From assembly GCA_035084275.1 (NCBI GenBank), contig CM068757.1, forward strand, positions 4,774,001 through 4,838,000: 64,000 bases of DNA, read 5' to 3'. The notes under the pieces were generated by a model, which was not told the origin of the DNA, searched no databases, and was given only the letters and a program-made list of their open reading frames with translations. The position numbers were made by a program, and so were the translations under genes. Shown here piece by piece: positions 14,050-26,410 of the stretch (positions within the stretch are counted from its first letter, which is position 1; each line of letters opens with the position of its first letter). This DNA is from Hydrolagus colliei (taxonomy: Eukaryota).

Positions 14050-14140
14050 TGGATTCTTGGCCAGGACACTGAGAAAAACTCCTTTCTCTTCGAGTGGTGC
14101 CTTGGGATCTCAAATGTCCACCTGAACAGGGAGATGGAAT
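14050..14140 (-). mobile_element. Deu-SINE internal fragment
   Basis: ggccaggacactgagaaaaactcctttctcttcgagtggtgccttgggatct resembles 29195-29250. Confidence 0.55.
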
Positions 14141-14711
14141 CCAAGCGACTATATTATATTCTTATGTTATTTTAAATAAATGATGAAAATTAAACAATAT
14201 TTCAAAGAAGAAAGATGCCCGAAAGCCTGCTGCATCATATTACCATTACTTGGAACTATTTGTGATTCCGTGAACAGCACAATTCAGCTCAGTAACAAGT
14301 GCTCAGCTGTACTATAATGGCATCAGTTTTCTCTCGAGATTTCTGGGGCACAAATCTAGTGGCTCTATCTTCAATAAATCAGTGCGATAATAGGGAAAAT
14401 AGGCTCCAAATTATATTGTGTAACTGTTTGACAATTTTTCCAGGAAAGTGCTCAACTCCTATCAGTTCCCTGTTAGTACAAGAAACATAGCACGGAGCAA
14501 CAGCCTCTTAAACGCTAATCTTATAGTTCCTCAAAGGATCTCTCTGCTTCTGTGAAACGAAAAGTGAAATAGCATTTGCTTGTTGCCCTCCACATGCTGC
14601 TGTCGTGGTTAGTTGTACATTAAATAAATGCATTGAATTACCTTGCTACAAGCCGCTAGGGTGACCAATACTTCTAACAAAGGTAGAGTGAAGCGCTAAA
14701 TCAGATAAGAG

Positions 14712-14768
14712 TAACAGCAACAACATTACATAGCGGCTCTCACGTTAGGAGGATGTCCCAGGGCGCTT
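14712..14768 (-). mobile_element. L2 3'-tail micro-fragment
   Basis: aacaacattacatagcggctctcacgttaggaggatgtcccagggcgct. Confidence 0.7.
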
Positions 14769-15186
14769 CCGAGTAAACACTTTAATCACAGTCACCAGTC
14801 CCATGGGAAAAGGACACTTCCCAGTCAGCTCTTGTTATCTCTGAAAGCCAAAGACCTGATAGGTAGAGTGGTCCTCACTGGACAAGTAGTGGGAAAGCTA
14901 ACTAGGCAGTGCTCTCATTGAGAATCTATGTGGTTTTAGCCTCCAGCAGTACCCCCAATGGATCTTCTTAGGGTCCCCAAGCCATGGCAATTTGTCAACC
15001 TGCACCCAATACTTTCTGGGGGAGCGCTACGTTGTTGGAGGAGCCCAATTTTAACAGTATCTTCATTGGCAGAACATTCTCACGACCTTAAGAGTCACGT
15101 TTCATTTATAGTTGTGTACAACAGTGTTTCTAAACAACCGGTCCGCGGACCGGTGCAAGTCCTCAGCAGCATCCTTTGCCGGTCCG

Positions 15187-15808
15187 TGTGATAGAGATTC
15201 GATTAACTGATTGAAAATTAGGTTACGGCCAACCTCCGATCGATCAGATCATACAGAACATCTCTTTTGTAAAAGCAGGTTTGTTTATTCAGATTCACCT
15301 GTTAGGGTTGACACTAAAAGACCAAGTATACAACAGTTTAAGTCAAGCTCCAAATCGCATTGATTATGGAGATATACTACCCGGCGAGGAGTCTGTCGTT
15401 GGTTCGGGCAGGTCTAGTCGGGGCGGCTGTTTCGCTTACAGCTCTTCCATCAATGGCTGTCTTCGCACTCCTTCCTCTCACATTGGTCCACCACACCGAA
15501 AAAGCCTCGCGCGTATTTCTCACCCCCTTATATACTTAAATGTTCCATGATCAAGCTCCTTCTGTTCCGCCAATCATTAAGAGACTACCCCCTTTGCACC
15601 CGTTATCCTATGGTCACGTACACAGTTAACATGATTTCACGTGGTCTCCTTATCCAATTATAGAGAACAATGTTCTTTGTGCACACCAAGTTTATGCTCA
15701 GTTAGTCATGTACGCATTTGGCCATCTCTTTGTGCGCCGCACTCAACATACTCTTATCTATACTAAACAGTTCTATCTGTTGATAACCTCACATGACCCT
15801 TGACCACA
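15187..15808 (-). mobile_element. Solo LTR (ERV-like), 622 bp
   Basis: TGTG...CACA termini; 4-bp flanks tccg and cccg (TSD with 1 mismatch); minus-strand TATATAA (~15528-15534) upstream of AATAAA (~15284-15289); interrupts the hAT subterminal motif. Confidence 0.7.
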
Positions 15809-16253
15809 CCCGCTAAGACGTATTCATGTTTTTACATTCATCTCTAAATCGCAACAGTGTGAAATTAGAGAAAAAATAAATATACTGTATATTAACTGTG
15901 AAACAAAGAAAAACACGACACGGAGTCGAAGATTTCTGAGCGGAGTGGATTTTCCAGTGATGTGCGGTGGGTACTTTACTTGACAGGGTAGGCACTTTAC
16001 TTCTGCAGTTTACTTTGTGAACAGAATGTGTGTAAAATGTAAAGCACTCTCCCCCAACTCTACCGGAGAGATAGGGCCAACATTTTAAAGATGACCATGC
16101 TCACTTCATGTCAAAGATTTCTTCTAAAATGTAAAATTACAGCCGGAAAAAAAAACTTTTTTTATTGTTACCTGTGCTAAATAGGGTGAGTTTCAGATTA
16201 TTCAATTTAATTAAACACCAGTGTCTGCACTTTCATTTAATTTCAAGTTTATA

Positions 16254-16903
16254 TTCCACCTCAGACGGATCGCCCGCTTTCTTCCACCTCCGATGGATCG
16301 CCCGTCTCTGGCAATATCTCGCCCCAAAAGCTGCTGAAACCCTGGTCTACGCCTTTGTCACCTCTCGCCTGGACTATTCAAATGCCCTCCTCGCTGGTCT
16401 CCCCTCCACCACAATCCATAAAATCCAACTAATTCAGAACTCCGCCCGCATTCTCACCCGCACCAAACTTCGCTCCCCCATTATCCCAATTCTTGCCAGA
16501 CTTCACTGGCTGCCTGTCCCAGAGAGAATCGATTTCAAGATCCTCGTTTTCAAATCTCTCCACTCCTCTGAACCCCTCTATCTGTCCGTCCTCCTCTCTC
16601 CTCAAATCAGCACCCGTTGCCTTCGCTCCACCGGGTATGGCCTCCTCCGTGTCTCCCGAATCCTCTGCTTCACCCTCAGTGGCCGTGCCTTCAGCCACTA
16701 CACCCCGAGGCTCTGGAACTCCCTTCCTCACTCCCTTCTACCTCCTCTCTTCCCAGTTTCAGGTCCCAACTAAAGACCTTTTTCTTCAACCGTGCCTTTG
16801 GTCACCTTCCTCCCACTGGCTCTGGCTCGGTCCCGGGATCTGTTATTGTGAAGCGCTCTGAGGGCGCTGGAGGGCCCTCAGAACAACTATCAAAGTTGTT
16901 GTT
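16254..16903 (+). mobile_element. 5'-truncated L2 LINE (ORF2 C-terminus + 3' UTR), tail type A
   Basis: ORF 16165-16773 contains FFHLRxIARL...[23 protein letters not shown]...LHWLPV..RIDFKIL, typical of L2 ORF2; ends in gttgttgtt; short 5' tandem duplication of ttccacctc.ga.ggatcgcccg. Confidence 0.92.
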
Positions 16904-19204
16904 ATATGCACAAATCTAGCAGTAAAAAATAGATAAAAATGGCCAGGACCTTAAAAGCTTCTCCACCTCAGTTTAGGAAGATAGCCAGCCAGTCCCCAGC
17001 ATCGAAAAGTTTGAGAAACACTGGGGTATAGCGTTGGAAGGAAAACTTGTAAACTGTAAACTGTACTAATTCTTGTTAAGATGAAAGTGGAATATACCCT
17101 TAGTTTCTTGCCTGAAGTGATGAGAATACAGTTTGAGATCTCAGTGCAAGATTGTTTACATGATCTGCTCTGAGTTGGGTAATTTTCTGTGCAGTATTTG
17201 CTATAGCAATTTATCATGATGGTGCGATGTCATAAAGAATCTCGTAGGATTTTACTACAAAGTATTTTTGAAGCCTTCAAAATATATTCCATTTGCGCAT
17301 CATTTAATGGAGCCAGGTGAGTCTTCTCTATTAATATTTACATTTACTTCACTGTTTTTTTTATGTGAAATCTTCTGTCGTCTCGCTTGTGAACTGGAAA
17401 TATTTCAGTAACTCCAATAGTTACCTATTTTCCCAATTGCCTGTGGCCAGGGATCCATGTTGAATCTGTGGACTCAGAAAAGTAGGGCAGCAAAACCCTG
17501 GGGAATATTGTGGCTGCAAAGACTGAGTTAGAAATCATATCATTAATTTAACCTGGGCTTCCCCCACCATATGCTTGCTGACAACAGAAGTCAATTCTCT
17601 ATCCAGTCAGCCAATTCATCTTTCCCAAGGGACTTCTCTCAAATAGTAGCACCTAATTTTTTACCCCCACTCAGTCTGATCACCAATGGCTGGCTGTGAA
17701 GAAGGTGAAAACATGTCCTAAGTATCATAGCTCGATCTTTACCGATATCCTGAAGCCAAGAATAAAGGAACAGATTTATTTCTCCTTAAATCAGTTCTTC
17801 AGGTGAGCTGATCTAATTTTCGAAGGTTTTACATTTCTCACAATTTAGAATAATTTGGCGATCCATTGCATCCACAGCTACACACCTTAAAAATAAAGCC
17901 TCTAAAAAGTGAATCTGTGCATTTGTGTACGCTTCCTTGTAGCTTCTAATGCTGGTTAGATAGCAACCATCACAGTCAGACCAACTGATCAGAGCAAAAT
18001 AGGCTGCCCATGACTTTCCACGTGATGTGTTAAAGGGACACTGGTTTTACTCTGAAGTACGGATACAACAACAAAATAACAAAATAGTATAGTATAATAA
18101 CAGCAACTTGCGATTATATAGGGACCCTCACACAACGTCCTGGAGAATAGTACATGTCTGTTGAGTTAAGACACAAATACAATAGAAAAAAAACCTGAAG
18201 ACTTTTTTACATCCAGAACAGACATCTCAAATTGGCCCCAAAAGGTTCTGGTTTGGGGGCTTCTTTAAAAAGGCATAAGTAATTTCGAGGAAGGGCAATA
18301 AATGTTGGTTTTGTTGAATACTGTTGCTTGTGTTCAAGACTTTTTAATGAGAATAAGGAACAATACACTGCACTTTCTATAAAATTCAGTGTGCAGAACA
18401 GCCCCAGGACAGGTAACTATCGGCCAGGTTTTCAATATTTATTTAAAGAAGAAAATTTGGCTGAGGAGTTTCTGGAGTACAGTATTCACTTGCGATGCCA
18501 TTAATGTTACACCGGCCGCAAGATTAGATGGTAATTAACAAACTCTCCCCAGTTTCATTCATGTAAACCACTCACAGGATAAACCTGTACTAATACAGTG
18601 CTTGAAAATTGTAGTCAACGTGGTGTTCACATTCCAACCTGGTCATTGAGGTCTACTGTTTCAAGGCAGTCATTGAATAATAAAAATTCAATGAAGTAAC
18701 GTTTGTTGCCGGTAACAGTTGGTATGAAATGTGTGCAGTTGTTCTCAGCTGTTAAATATGTAGTGTGTTTCCTTTTTTTAAAACCGCCTGCTGTGTATTA
18801 GTTGTGCGCTTGAGCGAAAGGCTGATTTACGTCTGCTTGCCGCTGTGCTTATGCATTTGACGACTGAGTTGTGATTGCCTGTGGATGCATCATCAGTAAA
18901 GGGTATGAGAATATCAATCCATCCCATGTGTCTGATGGGAGCTGAAGCATGAGATGAGGACATTACCTCTTTGCCTATTAAAACTGACCATCAAACTGTG
19001 GTGCATTTGCTGTGGTGACTTAACGATTGCTGTCCTTGGTCTTTCAGGAGCAATGATTTCTGTCTATTGGTTTTAATTAAGGTTTACAATCAAGACTCAA
19101 AACTGTCAATTATAACAAATACATGTTGAAAAATAACAAGTTTGCAATGGTTAAGTGAGGAAAAACAAACAGAAGAGAAGTGACTTCAGCGCAACATAAT
19201 GTGA

Positions 19205-19336
19205 GCAGCAAATCTGGATCAGATGCTGTGGGTTCAAGTCCCATATCTGGACTGGAGTTCATAGTCTGAGATACATCCCAGTGTGGTAATGGGAGGCATT
19301 GCATTGTTAACAGTGATGTCCTTCTGATGAGAAATT
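19205..19336 (+). mobile_element. SacSINE1-like SINE 5' fragment
   Basis: B-box-like gtgggttcaagtccca followed by ccagtgtggtaatgggaggcattgcattgt...gatgagaaattaaactg. Confidence 0.55.
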
Positions 19337-20587
19337 AAACTGAAAGTACTGTAAAAATGCAAGTTCTTTCCTTGGACCAAAAGCACATTCATAACTAACC
19401 AAAGCAGACGAGCTAAAAATAGCATCCACCTAATTTTAAAACAGAATTAGCATTGATTCCCATTAAGCATATGGGTCCAAAGGCTGAATCATTGGGGAGA
19501 ACACCCCAATTACTGGCTAATAACGTCAGCACCTGCTGAACTCAAATACACTCGAGATGCTAATGAAACTTCCATTGGAATTTTAAAACAAGTTTTAAAA
19601 AAAATATATGCTCCTGTGTGGGCTGTTCAAATGCTTTCTACCTGTGCAGAAAGCATTTTGATTTTTCAGTTTCTCAGACTTCAATAAAAATCGAATCAAA
19701 AAGTCCTCTGTAATGTTTCTGGTCATTCCCCTGTGTTTAATGGCACGTAAAATTCCAAGGAAACATAAGGAGCTTCAAAAAACTGGCCATTTGGAAAGTT
19801 TGAGAGTTGTACTGTAAGAAAGTAGTTTTGAAAAAATAACACTTGTGCAGACTGTATAAAGACCTCGTTAAAAGTAACATATTTTCAAAAATAAGACTTA
19901 ATTCCCTAATTTCAGCAATAGACATTTAGAAGTAATATGCTGATCACAAGAGTTGTATGGATACAAAGGCCCCATAACCTATTTCATCTTATTGTTTCAG
20001 AATATCCATCCTCCCATCAAAGCATCAAGCTATACAGGGTCCTGCCTCAACTATCTCTATAATAATCCTTGCAATTGGTACAGTGTATTACCGTGTCTCA
20101 GATCTCTCAAAGCATTGCACAGGATACACTGTAAAATGATAACACTGTGCGTATTTTAAGGGCAAATGCCTCTGTGAATACTCAGCCACTGAAATCGTAC
20201 AGAGCCAAGGTTGCCACTTAATCTTTTAACGCACCTCACCTAACGCAGGGCTCAAGTTTGGATTGGCTCCAAGGAATGAGGACAGAAAGATGATCGAATG
20301 AAAAAATAAAAGAAGGACAAGCAGAAACCGAGTCACAAGAGAGGATACACCCTAAAGATAAAAAAGACAATGGGAGGAAGCAGATTCCTAAGTGTTGGAC
20401 TGAGAGAGCTGCAAAGGAAAGCATGAAAAAACAAGGGAAATCAATGACTGATTTTAGTTTTGCATGAAACAGAGAAAAGCTATAGGCACAGCAGAAGGCC
20501 TGTGAAATAATAGACTCACAGAGCTGTCAATAAGAATCGAGACTCAAAGAAAAGACTTGCGGTTTCAGATTGCGCAAAACAAGAAAA

Positions 20588-21175
20588 ACAACAACAACAA
20601 CAAAATTACACGTATAGTGCCTTTCACATCAGGAGGACGTCCCAAGTCGCTGGACAGTCATTGTTTCAGACCTGAGCTGGGATCGAGGATGGGGAGGGTG
20701 GAGGGAAAAGTGGGGATTTGAATGACCAATGGGACCGTCAAAGAGCAGGGTCTTGAGGCGGAACTTGAAGGAGGCCAGGGAAGGGGCGGGGTGGAGGGAC
20801 TGTTCTAGAGGTTGGCGCAAAGTGGCTGAAAGTTCGCCCACCGATGGTGGGGTGGGTGGGTCAGGGGACGTGGAACAGGCTGGAGCCTGCTGAGCAGAGG
20901 GTGCGGGCAGGTTGGTAGGCATTAGGAGGTCACAGAGGTAGGTTGGGGTGAGACTGTGGAGGGCTTTGAATGTGAGGGCCAGGATCTTTAATTGGATCCT
21001 TTGGGTGAATGGAGAGCCAATGTAGTTTGGCGAGCATGGGGGAGATGGGGTCACGAACCTTGGAGTGGTATAGAGGACACGGGCCGCGGAGTTCTGGATT
21101 ATCTGCAACCTATTGAGGGAGGAATTGGGAAGGCTGACGAGCAGGGCATTTGCGTAGTTGAGCCGGGATGTGATA
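20588..21175 (-). mobile_element. 5'-truncated L2 LINE, tail type B
   Basis: Minus ORF QIIQNSAARVL...RIQLKILALTFKALHSLTPTYLCDLL; (aac)n tail at 20588-20602. Confidence 0.92.
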
Positions 21176-22398
21176 AAAAAAAGTCATTTGATCTTTTGAA
21201 AAGCGTGCATTTATGCTTCGGCTTTTGCTGATGTTAATGGAGTTAGTTAATGGAGGGAGAGGGAACAATGTCTCGTGGGTTTAAATGGAAGAGAGCCTTA
21301 TTAGTCTGTTACAATAAGTGGAACCTAGCTCAAACAATCCAAACAGGTCAAAGCCAATTCAGGAATTGCTCGCTTAAGGAGAACAGTACAATTAATAGTA
21401 AAGGCATTTTAGTGGAACCTAAAAAACTCATTATTTGGACCTCTCTGGGGGAACGCCCTGATCAGAATAGAAAGGAAACCAATTACATTTCACGAGTGAG
21501 AAGCTCCTAGAATTAACCAAACGGAGAAACTGTTCGTGGGAATCACATCTCCTCCTTTGACGACTTGAGAAAAGATTTTTCAGCAGGCCAACAGTCAGTT
21601 AAATGGCTTCAAATCACATGGAGTGGATTTCCAGGGCAAACAAAATACATAGACTACATATTAATAAATGTGCCAATCTCTCATAGCCATGGCCTAAAAT
21701 AACATGCTGCGCTTCTTTTCAGAAATAAAATTTGTCTCATTTGTATGCCACTCAGATGGCTGTAAATATTGGTTGCTTTCAAGCTTTTTTCCCAGATCCC
21801 CATCATTTACATAGTCTTCCATGTTAGTTCCCATTTGCATGCAGCTTGGATGTATGCTAATCCCAGCTATGTATGAATAATTCCTCCTCAAACTTGCATA
21901 CAACAGGGATTTTCATGCTTCTGAGTTGCATACAAATTACTAATATTTTTGGCTTCTCTCTCTCTATCGCTTATCATATGGTAATGGTGTTTACTTATTA
22001 TCTTTATCACAGGTAAAGACAAGCGCTATTTTGCAGTGTGCACTGCACGGGGCAGGGCGAGAGTGAGAGAAGAGAGTGTATCTGGAAGGTGTGCTTACTT
22101 TGCTCTTTATTCTAAAGAAAACGCAATGTTATCTGAAACACAGTTTTGTACCAGTTCCATGAAGAACGCTGCTCCAAATGGTACCCATGCTTACAGATGG
22201 TAAGCTGCAGGTTCCTGCATAGTCGTAAACTAACTGATCAAGGACAGCAGGAGAAAAGCACTGCTTGGTTTTGGTGAAGCCAGTCCTGGTTCTTAAATAA
22301 TTGAAACCAATATACAAATCAGTCATAATTATATTTGTATGAAATTTGGGGTTTCTGACATGCGGAAGCAAACGGATGTTGGACGCGATTAAGCATAC

Positions 22399-22516
22399 CC
22401 CGCTCACAACCATTCATCGAAGCATCTCCTTTTGTGAGCGTTGAGCTCAAGGCCAACTCAGTTTGGAGAACAGAGACGTAGAATACAACACAGTGGTAGG
22501 CCATTCGCTTAACCAT
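22399..22516 (-). CDS. Candidate first coding exon with a signal-peptide-like N-terminus (MVKRMAYHCVVFYVSVLQTELALSSTLTKGDASMNGCER); gene unidentified
   Basis: Pyrimidine-rich acceptor ...ccatttccattttttgaggatttcttccgcag|T-ATG, donor CGGG|gtatgc, only one open frame, phase-1 end, n/h/c-region pattern with A-L-S. Confidence 0.35.
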
Positions 22517-23282
22517 ACTGCGGAAGAAATCCTCAAAAAATGGAAATGGGTAAAAGACAATGAAATAAATAAATAACAATGTATGGCTCAACCCAACACT
22601 GTATAAAATAATAAGTCTATTGTTGCCTTTACATATGAGGAGCATATCAATGGAAAGCATATCCCCCCCTTCCCCACCAAAACTGTTGTTTGGTACGCAC
22701 TGGGTATATGTCAAATTTTCCAGATACTGTATGTATTTGCAAGTGTTATTTAACTGCAATGCATCACAACTCAATAAATTGTTATTTATTCTATAAAATC
22801 GGGTATCCACACAAAAACTGTAAACACTGCAGCCCAACGTTTGATGCTCATTTAGCACGATTACATTGTGTGAAAGATTTGGGTGGATTGGTTGCAACAA
22901 CATGCACATAGTTCAACACACAAAGTTTAACTTGTTTCTATCCATAAGTGAAGCTATATAGAAAGTCGTTTTCCATTAGCTTGAGGAGCAGGAGAACAGA
23001 ACTTCCGCCTGAAAACTAAATGACTTCTGGGGGTGGACATTTGAGGACATTTTTATACTGTTTTACTGGATGTCCTTCAAGCTGATTTTGTGTGTTCTGG
23101 AGGGCACTTAGCTGTCGTTTGGAGAACACAGTTTGATACCTCTGCAATAACTCGACAACGGTAAAAGGAAAATAATCCATCTGCATTGAACACATCAGAT
23201 CAAATTGGACTGAGAAATTTAGGTATTGATTTTTCAGGATTTGGAAGATCAATAAAACAAGATATAATTTGAATTGAAAGTT

Positions 23283-23586
23283 AATTATAATAATAATCCT
23301 TGCATTTGATATAGTGCTTTTCATGGCTTCTAGATGTTTCAAAACGCTTCACAGAATATATTGTAAAGTGAACTGATTGTATATTTGTGGGCAGAACATG
23401 GCAATCGATAGAGCACAATCGTGTCCTACAAACAGCCGTGGATTGAAGTGACCAATTTATTATTATTTTTTCATTATCAGGCATATGGAGTGAGGAATCT
23501 TGACCAAGGGTTCGTCCTGCCGGGATTCAAACCCAGGTCTCTCGCTTGTGTGGTGAGTGCTTTAACCACTGAGCTATAGGATTCCA
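23283..23586 (-). mobile_element. Full-length tRNA-derived SINE (Deu-like core, L2-type tail)
   Basis: Minus strand reads tagctcagtggttaaagc (A box) ... gggtttgaatccc (B box) ... gtgaagcgttttgaaacatct...gcactatatcaaatgcaagg(att)n; same family as 41016. Confidence 0.9.
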
Positions 23587-23974
23587 TTAGACCCATTTGT
23601 TGGAAAATCAACTTGTTTTGTTGTTATGTATTTAAAACTTGCAGATAGTGAAGTGCTTTTATTGTACTAATGTTTGCAATACATCTGGTTATGTTTTGAA
23701 TGTCCAGCCATACAAACATCTGATGCTCGTTCAGTAATTGGATATTTCAGAGAATCAATCTGAATCCAATAACACAAAAATAGATACCACACGAATACTT
23801 GTGTTCAGGGATATTCAGACTCAAATCATGTAATTGTTAAAAAAAAATCCATTTAATTTATTAGTAACTAATGAGATAAATCTGGTTTTTGCACTCAGTA
23901 ATTCCCTCAATTTTTCCAATCGATATCAATTGCATTCCACCTTCATTGCAAAGACTTTCAGTTATGATCAAATC

Positions 23975-24670
23975 GCAAACGACTGCAGATGCTTGAAATC
24001 TGAAACACAAACAGAAATCGCTGGGAACACTCAGCAGGTCAGGCAGCATCTATGGAGGAAGGAAAATGAGTCAATGTTTCGGGTCTATGATGAGGGGTTC
24101 TGATAAAGGATCGTGAACCCGAAACGTTGACTCACTTTCCAAACTTTGACCCTCCATTAGCCCAGTCTTTGCTAGACTTCACTGGCTCCCTGTCACGGAG
24201 GGGATCGATTTCAAGATCCTCATCCTTGTTTTCAAATCCCTCCGCTCCTCTGCACCCACCTACCTCTCTGACCTCCTCTCTCCTCAAACCAGCACCCGTT
24301 GCTTTTGCTCCACTGGGTCTGGCCTTCTCCTTGTCCCCCGAATCCTCTGCTCCACCATCGGTGGCTGTGCCTTCAGCCACTATTCCCCGAGGCTCTGGAA
24401 TTCCCTTCCAAACTCCCTTCGCCTCTCTCCCTCTCTTCCCAGTTTCAGGTCTCAGTTGAAGACCTTTATCTTTGATCGTGCCTTTGGTCACCTTTCTACC
24501 CCGTACCCCTGGCTCGGTCCCGGTATCCGCTATTGTAAAGCGCTCTGAGACGCCATCCGGCGTGGAGGGCGCTATATGAATCAAAATTGTTGTTGTTTTG
24601 TTGTTGTTGTTTCTCCATAGATGCTACCTGACCCTGCTGTGTGTTCCCAGCAGTTCTGTTTTTGTTTCAG
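23975..24670. mobile_element. Inverted-arm PLE-derived repeat with degenerate hammerhead, split by an L2 insertion
   Basis: Left arm gctgggaacactcagcaggtcaggcagcatctatggag...gagtcaatgtttcgggtc; right arm gttCTGATAAaggatcgtgaacccGAAACgttgactcactttcc [L2] tttctccatagatgctacctgaccctgctgtgtgttcccagc. Confidence 0.75.
24141..24609 (+). mobile_element. 5'-truncated L2 LINE, tail type A, nested in the PLE-derived repeat
   Basis: Closely similar to 16470-16903 (cttcactggctccctgtc...atcgatttcaagatcctc); (gtt)n tail; no TSD. Confidence 0.92.
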
Positions 24671-25099
24671 TTATGATATTCTCTACTCTTAGGGTGACTG
24701 AATCTAAGTGCTGGACTAGTTCAGGTTATTTTTAAGGATATCTCTGTGGGTTTGCAGTGTGCACCTCATTACAACATGTGTAATCCTTGGCTATGGGTAG
24801 AGTGCACTTAAATAATAAGTCTTGCTCCAAATATATCTAGGTCAGAACATGATTTCATAAATATTGAAGAGCTGTAGTGAATCTCCATTATTTTTTATGC
24901 TACATCTTACTTCTTTTGGAATTCAATGGTAATTTTTATTAATCCTCTTTGCTTTATCGAACGTAATAGGGTTCTTTGCCACTGTAATTTTTCCTCAGTC
25001 TTTTTCAAAAATGTTTTATACGTAATGATGAATTAACCGGTATTTGGATGCAAAAATCTCCCTCACTGTTTTTAAGACGCTTCTGAAAAAACTACCTCC

Positions 25100-25401
25100 A
25101 TGATCGTTGCCTTTGGTCATCTTCCCCCTGATCTACTTCATCCTTACTGTGGAACTCCATCCCGCAGCCCTGCTTCCTCCCTTTTCTCCTTCAAGGCCGG
25201 TCTCAAGAACTTCCTCTTCGACCGCGCCTTCGGCTGCCCCACTAACTCTTCCTCCTCTCCCACTTTCCTTGCCCATCCCCCTACCCCGACCCTTCCCCCC
25301 AACCCACCCGCTCGGGTCCCGACCTGACTGTTCAGCGCTTTGGGACGTCCTCCTGACGTGAAAGGCACTATATAAGTGCAATTTTGTTGTTGTTTGTTGT
25401 T
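25100..25401 (+). mobile_element. L2 3' end, tail type B
   Basis: ttcaaggccggtctcaagaacttcctcttcgaccgcgccttcgg...cagcgctttgggacgtcctcctgacgtgaaaggcactatataagtgcaattttgttgttg. Confidence 0.88.
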
Positions 25402-25831
25402 CCTTAAGTCTCACACTGGCCAAGCAAAGTGCTCAGAGACTTTCTTCTATGTGAAATGTGCTGTGCATGTGCAAGTTATTGTTGAGGGCTTCTGTTAGTT
25501 TTGCTTTCCAAATATTTTCAGACTATCCCTTTCTATTCTCCCATTACTTGCGTCAAGGGAGTTTGAAAATACAAAGATGCAAAGGATATTGCATTGGCTC
25601 ATTGAAATGATCTGGCATAGCTAACAACACTGAATAAAACCTAAAATGTGTTAAGTTAGTTTGGAGAAACAGTTGTGTCTTGTCATAATGTTTGCCTTTT
25701 TTGTGTCGTAAGCTGAAGGTTTATTTTCTTGCAGTTTATACAGTGCTGTGATATATACTATCTTGTACTCTGGAACACTCCTCCATAATTTACATATTCT
25801 GAAAAACCTATACACTGTGTTTTGTTGCTTC

Positions 25832-25895
25832 AACCACCACAACAACAACTTCCATTCATATAGTGTCCTTTCATGCCGGACAGTGTTTCAGAGCT
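25832..25895 (-). mobile_element. L2 3'-tail micro-fragment
   Basis: acaacaacaacttccattcatatagtgtcctttcatgccggacagtgtttcagagc. Confidence 0.6.
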
Positions 25896-26350
25896 TCAAT
25901 TATGAGTCCAAACTTGACAGCTACTTGGTGGAAGTCACTTCTGTATGACTTCCACGGCCAACCTCTATGGCCATTCAACCTCTCGGACTGCTGAGTTACT
26001 GGTTGCAATAACGATTCCACCATGGTAGGCTGCTTTCGTTAGTATGTATGGTGCCTCAATCTCACTTCATAATGTTGTTAAATTTTAAGTTGCAAAGGCC
26101 TGAATCCTGCACTGTCATGTCAATATACAATCACTCGTAAGAATAATACTGAATGGAAGAGGATGAATATTTCATGCCACCACTTAACACCGCTTGAAAG
26201 AGTCTTTATGGACTTTAGCGAATTCACAAATTTGCCAACCACTTGAGGGATGGAGGCATTATGAGTTACCAAGCAGAATGGTACTTGTTCAGCGAGGTTC
26301 GCGCTAGTTCCTTCCAGGGTCTGAAGACGTATCCACACCCTGAACCCTAC

Positions 26351-26410
26351 CTTGGAAGACTGCAGGCTTCTCATTTTGTAACTCAACCTACAAACAGATA
26401 TATTATCCAG
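26351..26410 (-). other. Candidate 60-nt exon (possibly 5' UTR for the 22.4 kb exon)
   Basis: Acceptor ttttcttggcctttactgcccccag|, donor AAG|gtaggg. Confidence 0.25.

Larger units (their letters stand above)
15122..17023. mobile_element. Non-autonomous hAT (Charlie-like) DNA transposon with two nested insertions
   Basis: Left TIR cagtgtttctaaac (15122), right TIR gtttgagaaacactg (ends 17023); subterminal ccggtccgcggaccgg motif; flanking 8-mers gtgtacaa and gggtatag (5/8 identical, central TA) fit a decayed 8-bp TSD. Confidence 0.8.

Noticed and set aside
16165-16919. 202-aa ORF and overlapping ORFs as a host gene
   Set aside because: L2 ORF2 remnant and its alternative frames; the same applies at 20.6-21.2, 24.1-24.6, 25.1-25.4 and 55.2-55.9 kb.
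21694-21903. MEDYVNDGDLGKKL as a kinase subdomain V-like exon
   Set aside because: No usable in-frame splice sites and no other kinase motifs nearby.
22319-22909. 196-aa minus-strand ORF as a single-exon gene
   Set aside because: The 5' part is AT-rich, intron-like sequence including a polypyrimidine tract; only 22399-22516 is kept as an exon candidate.
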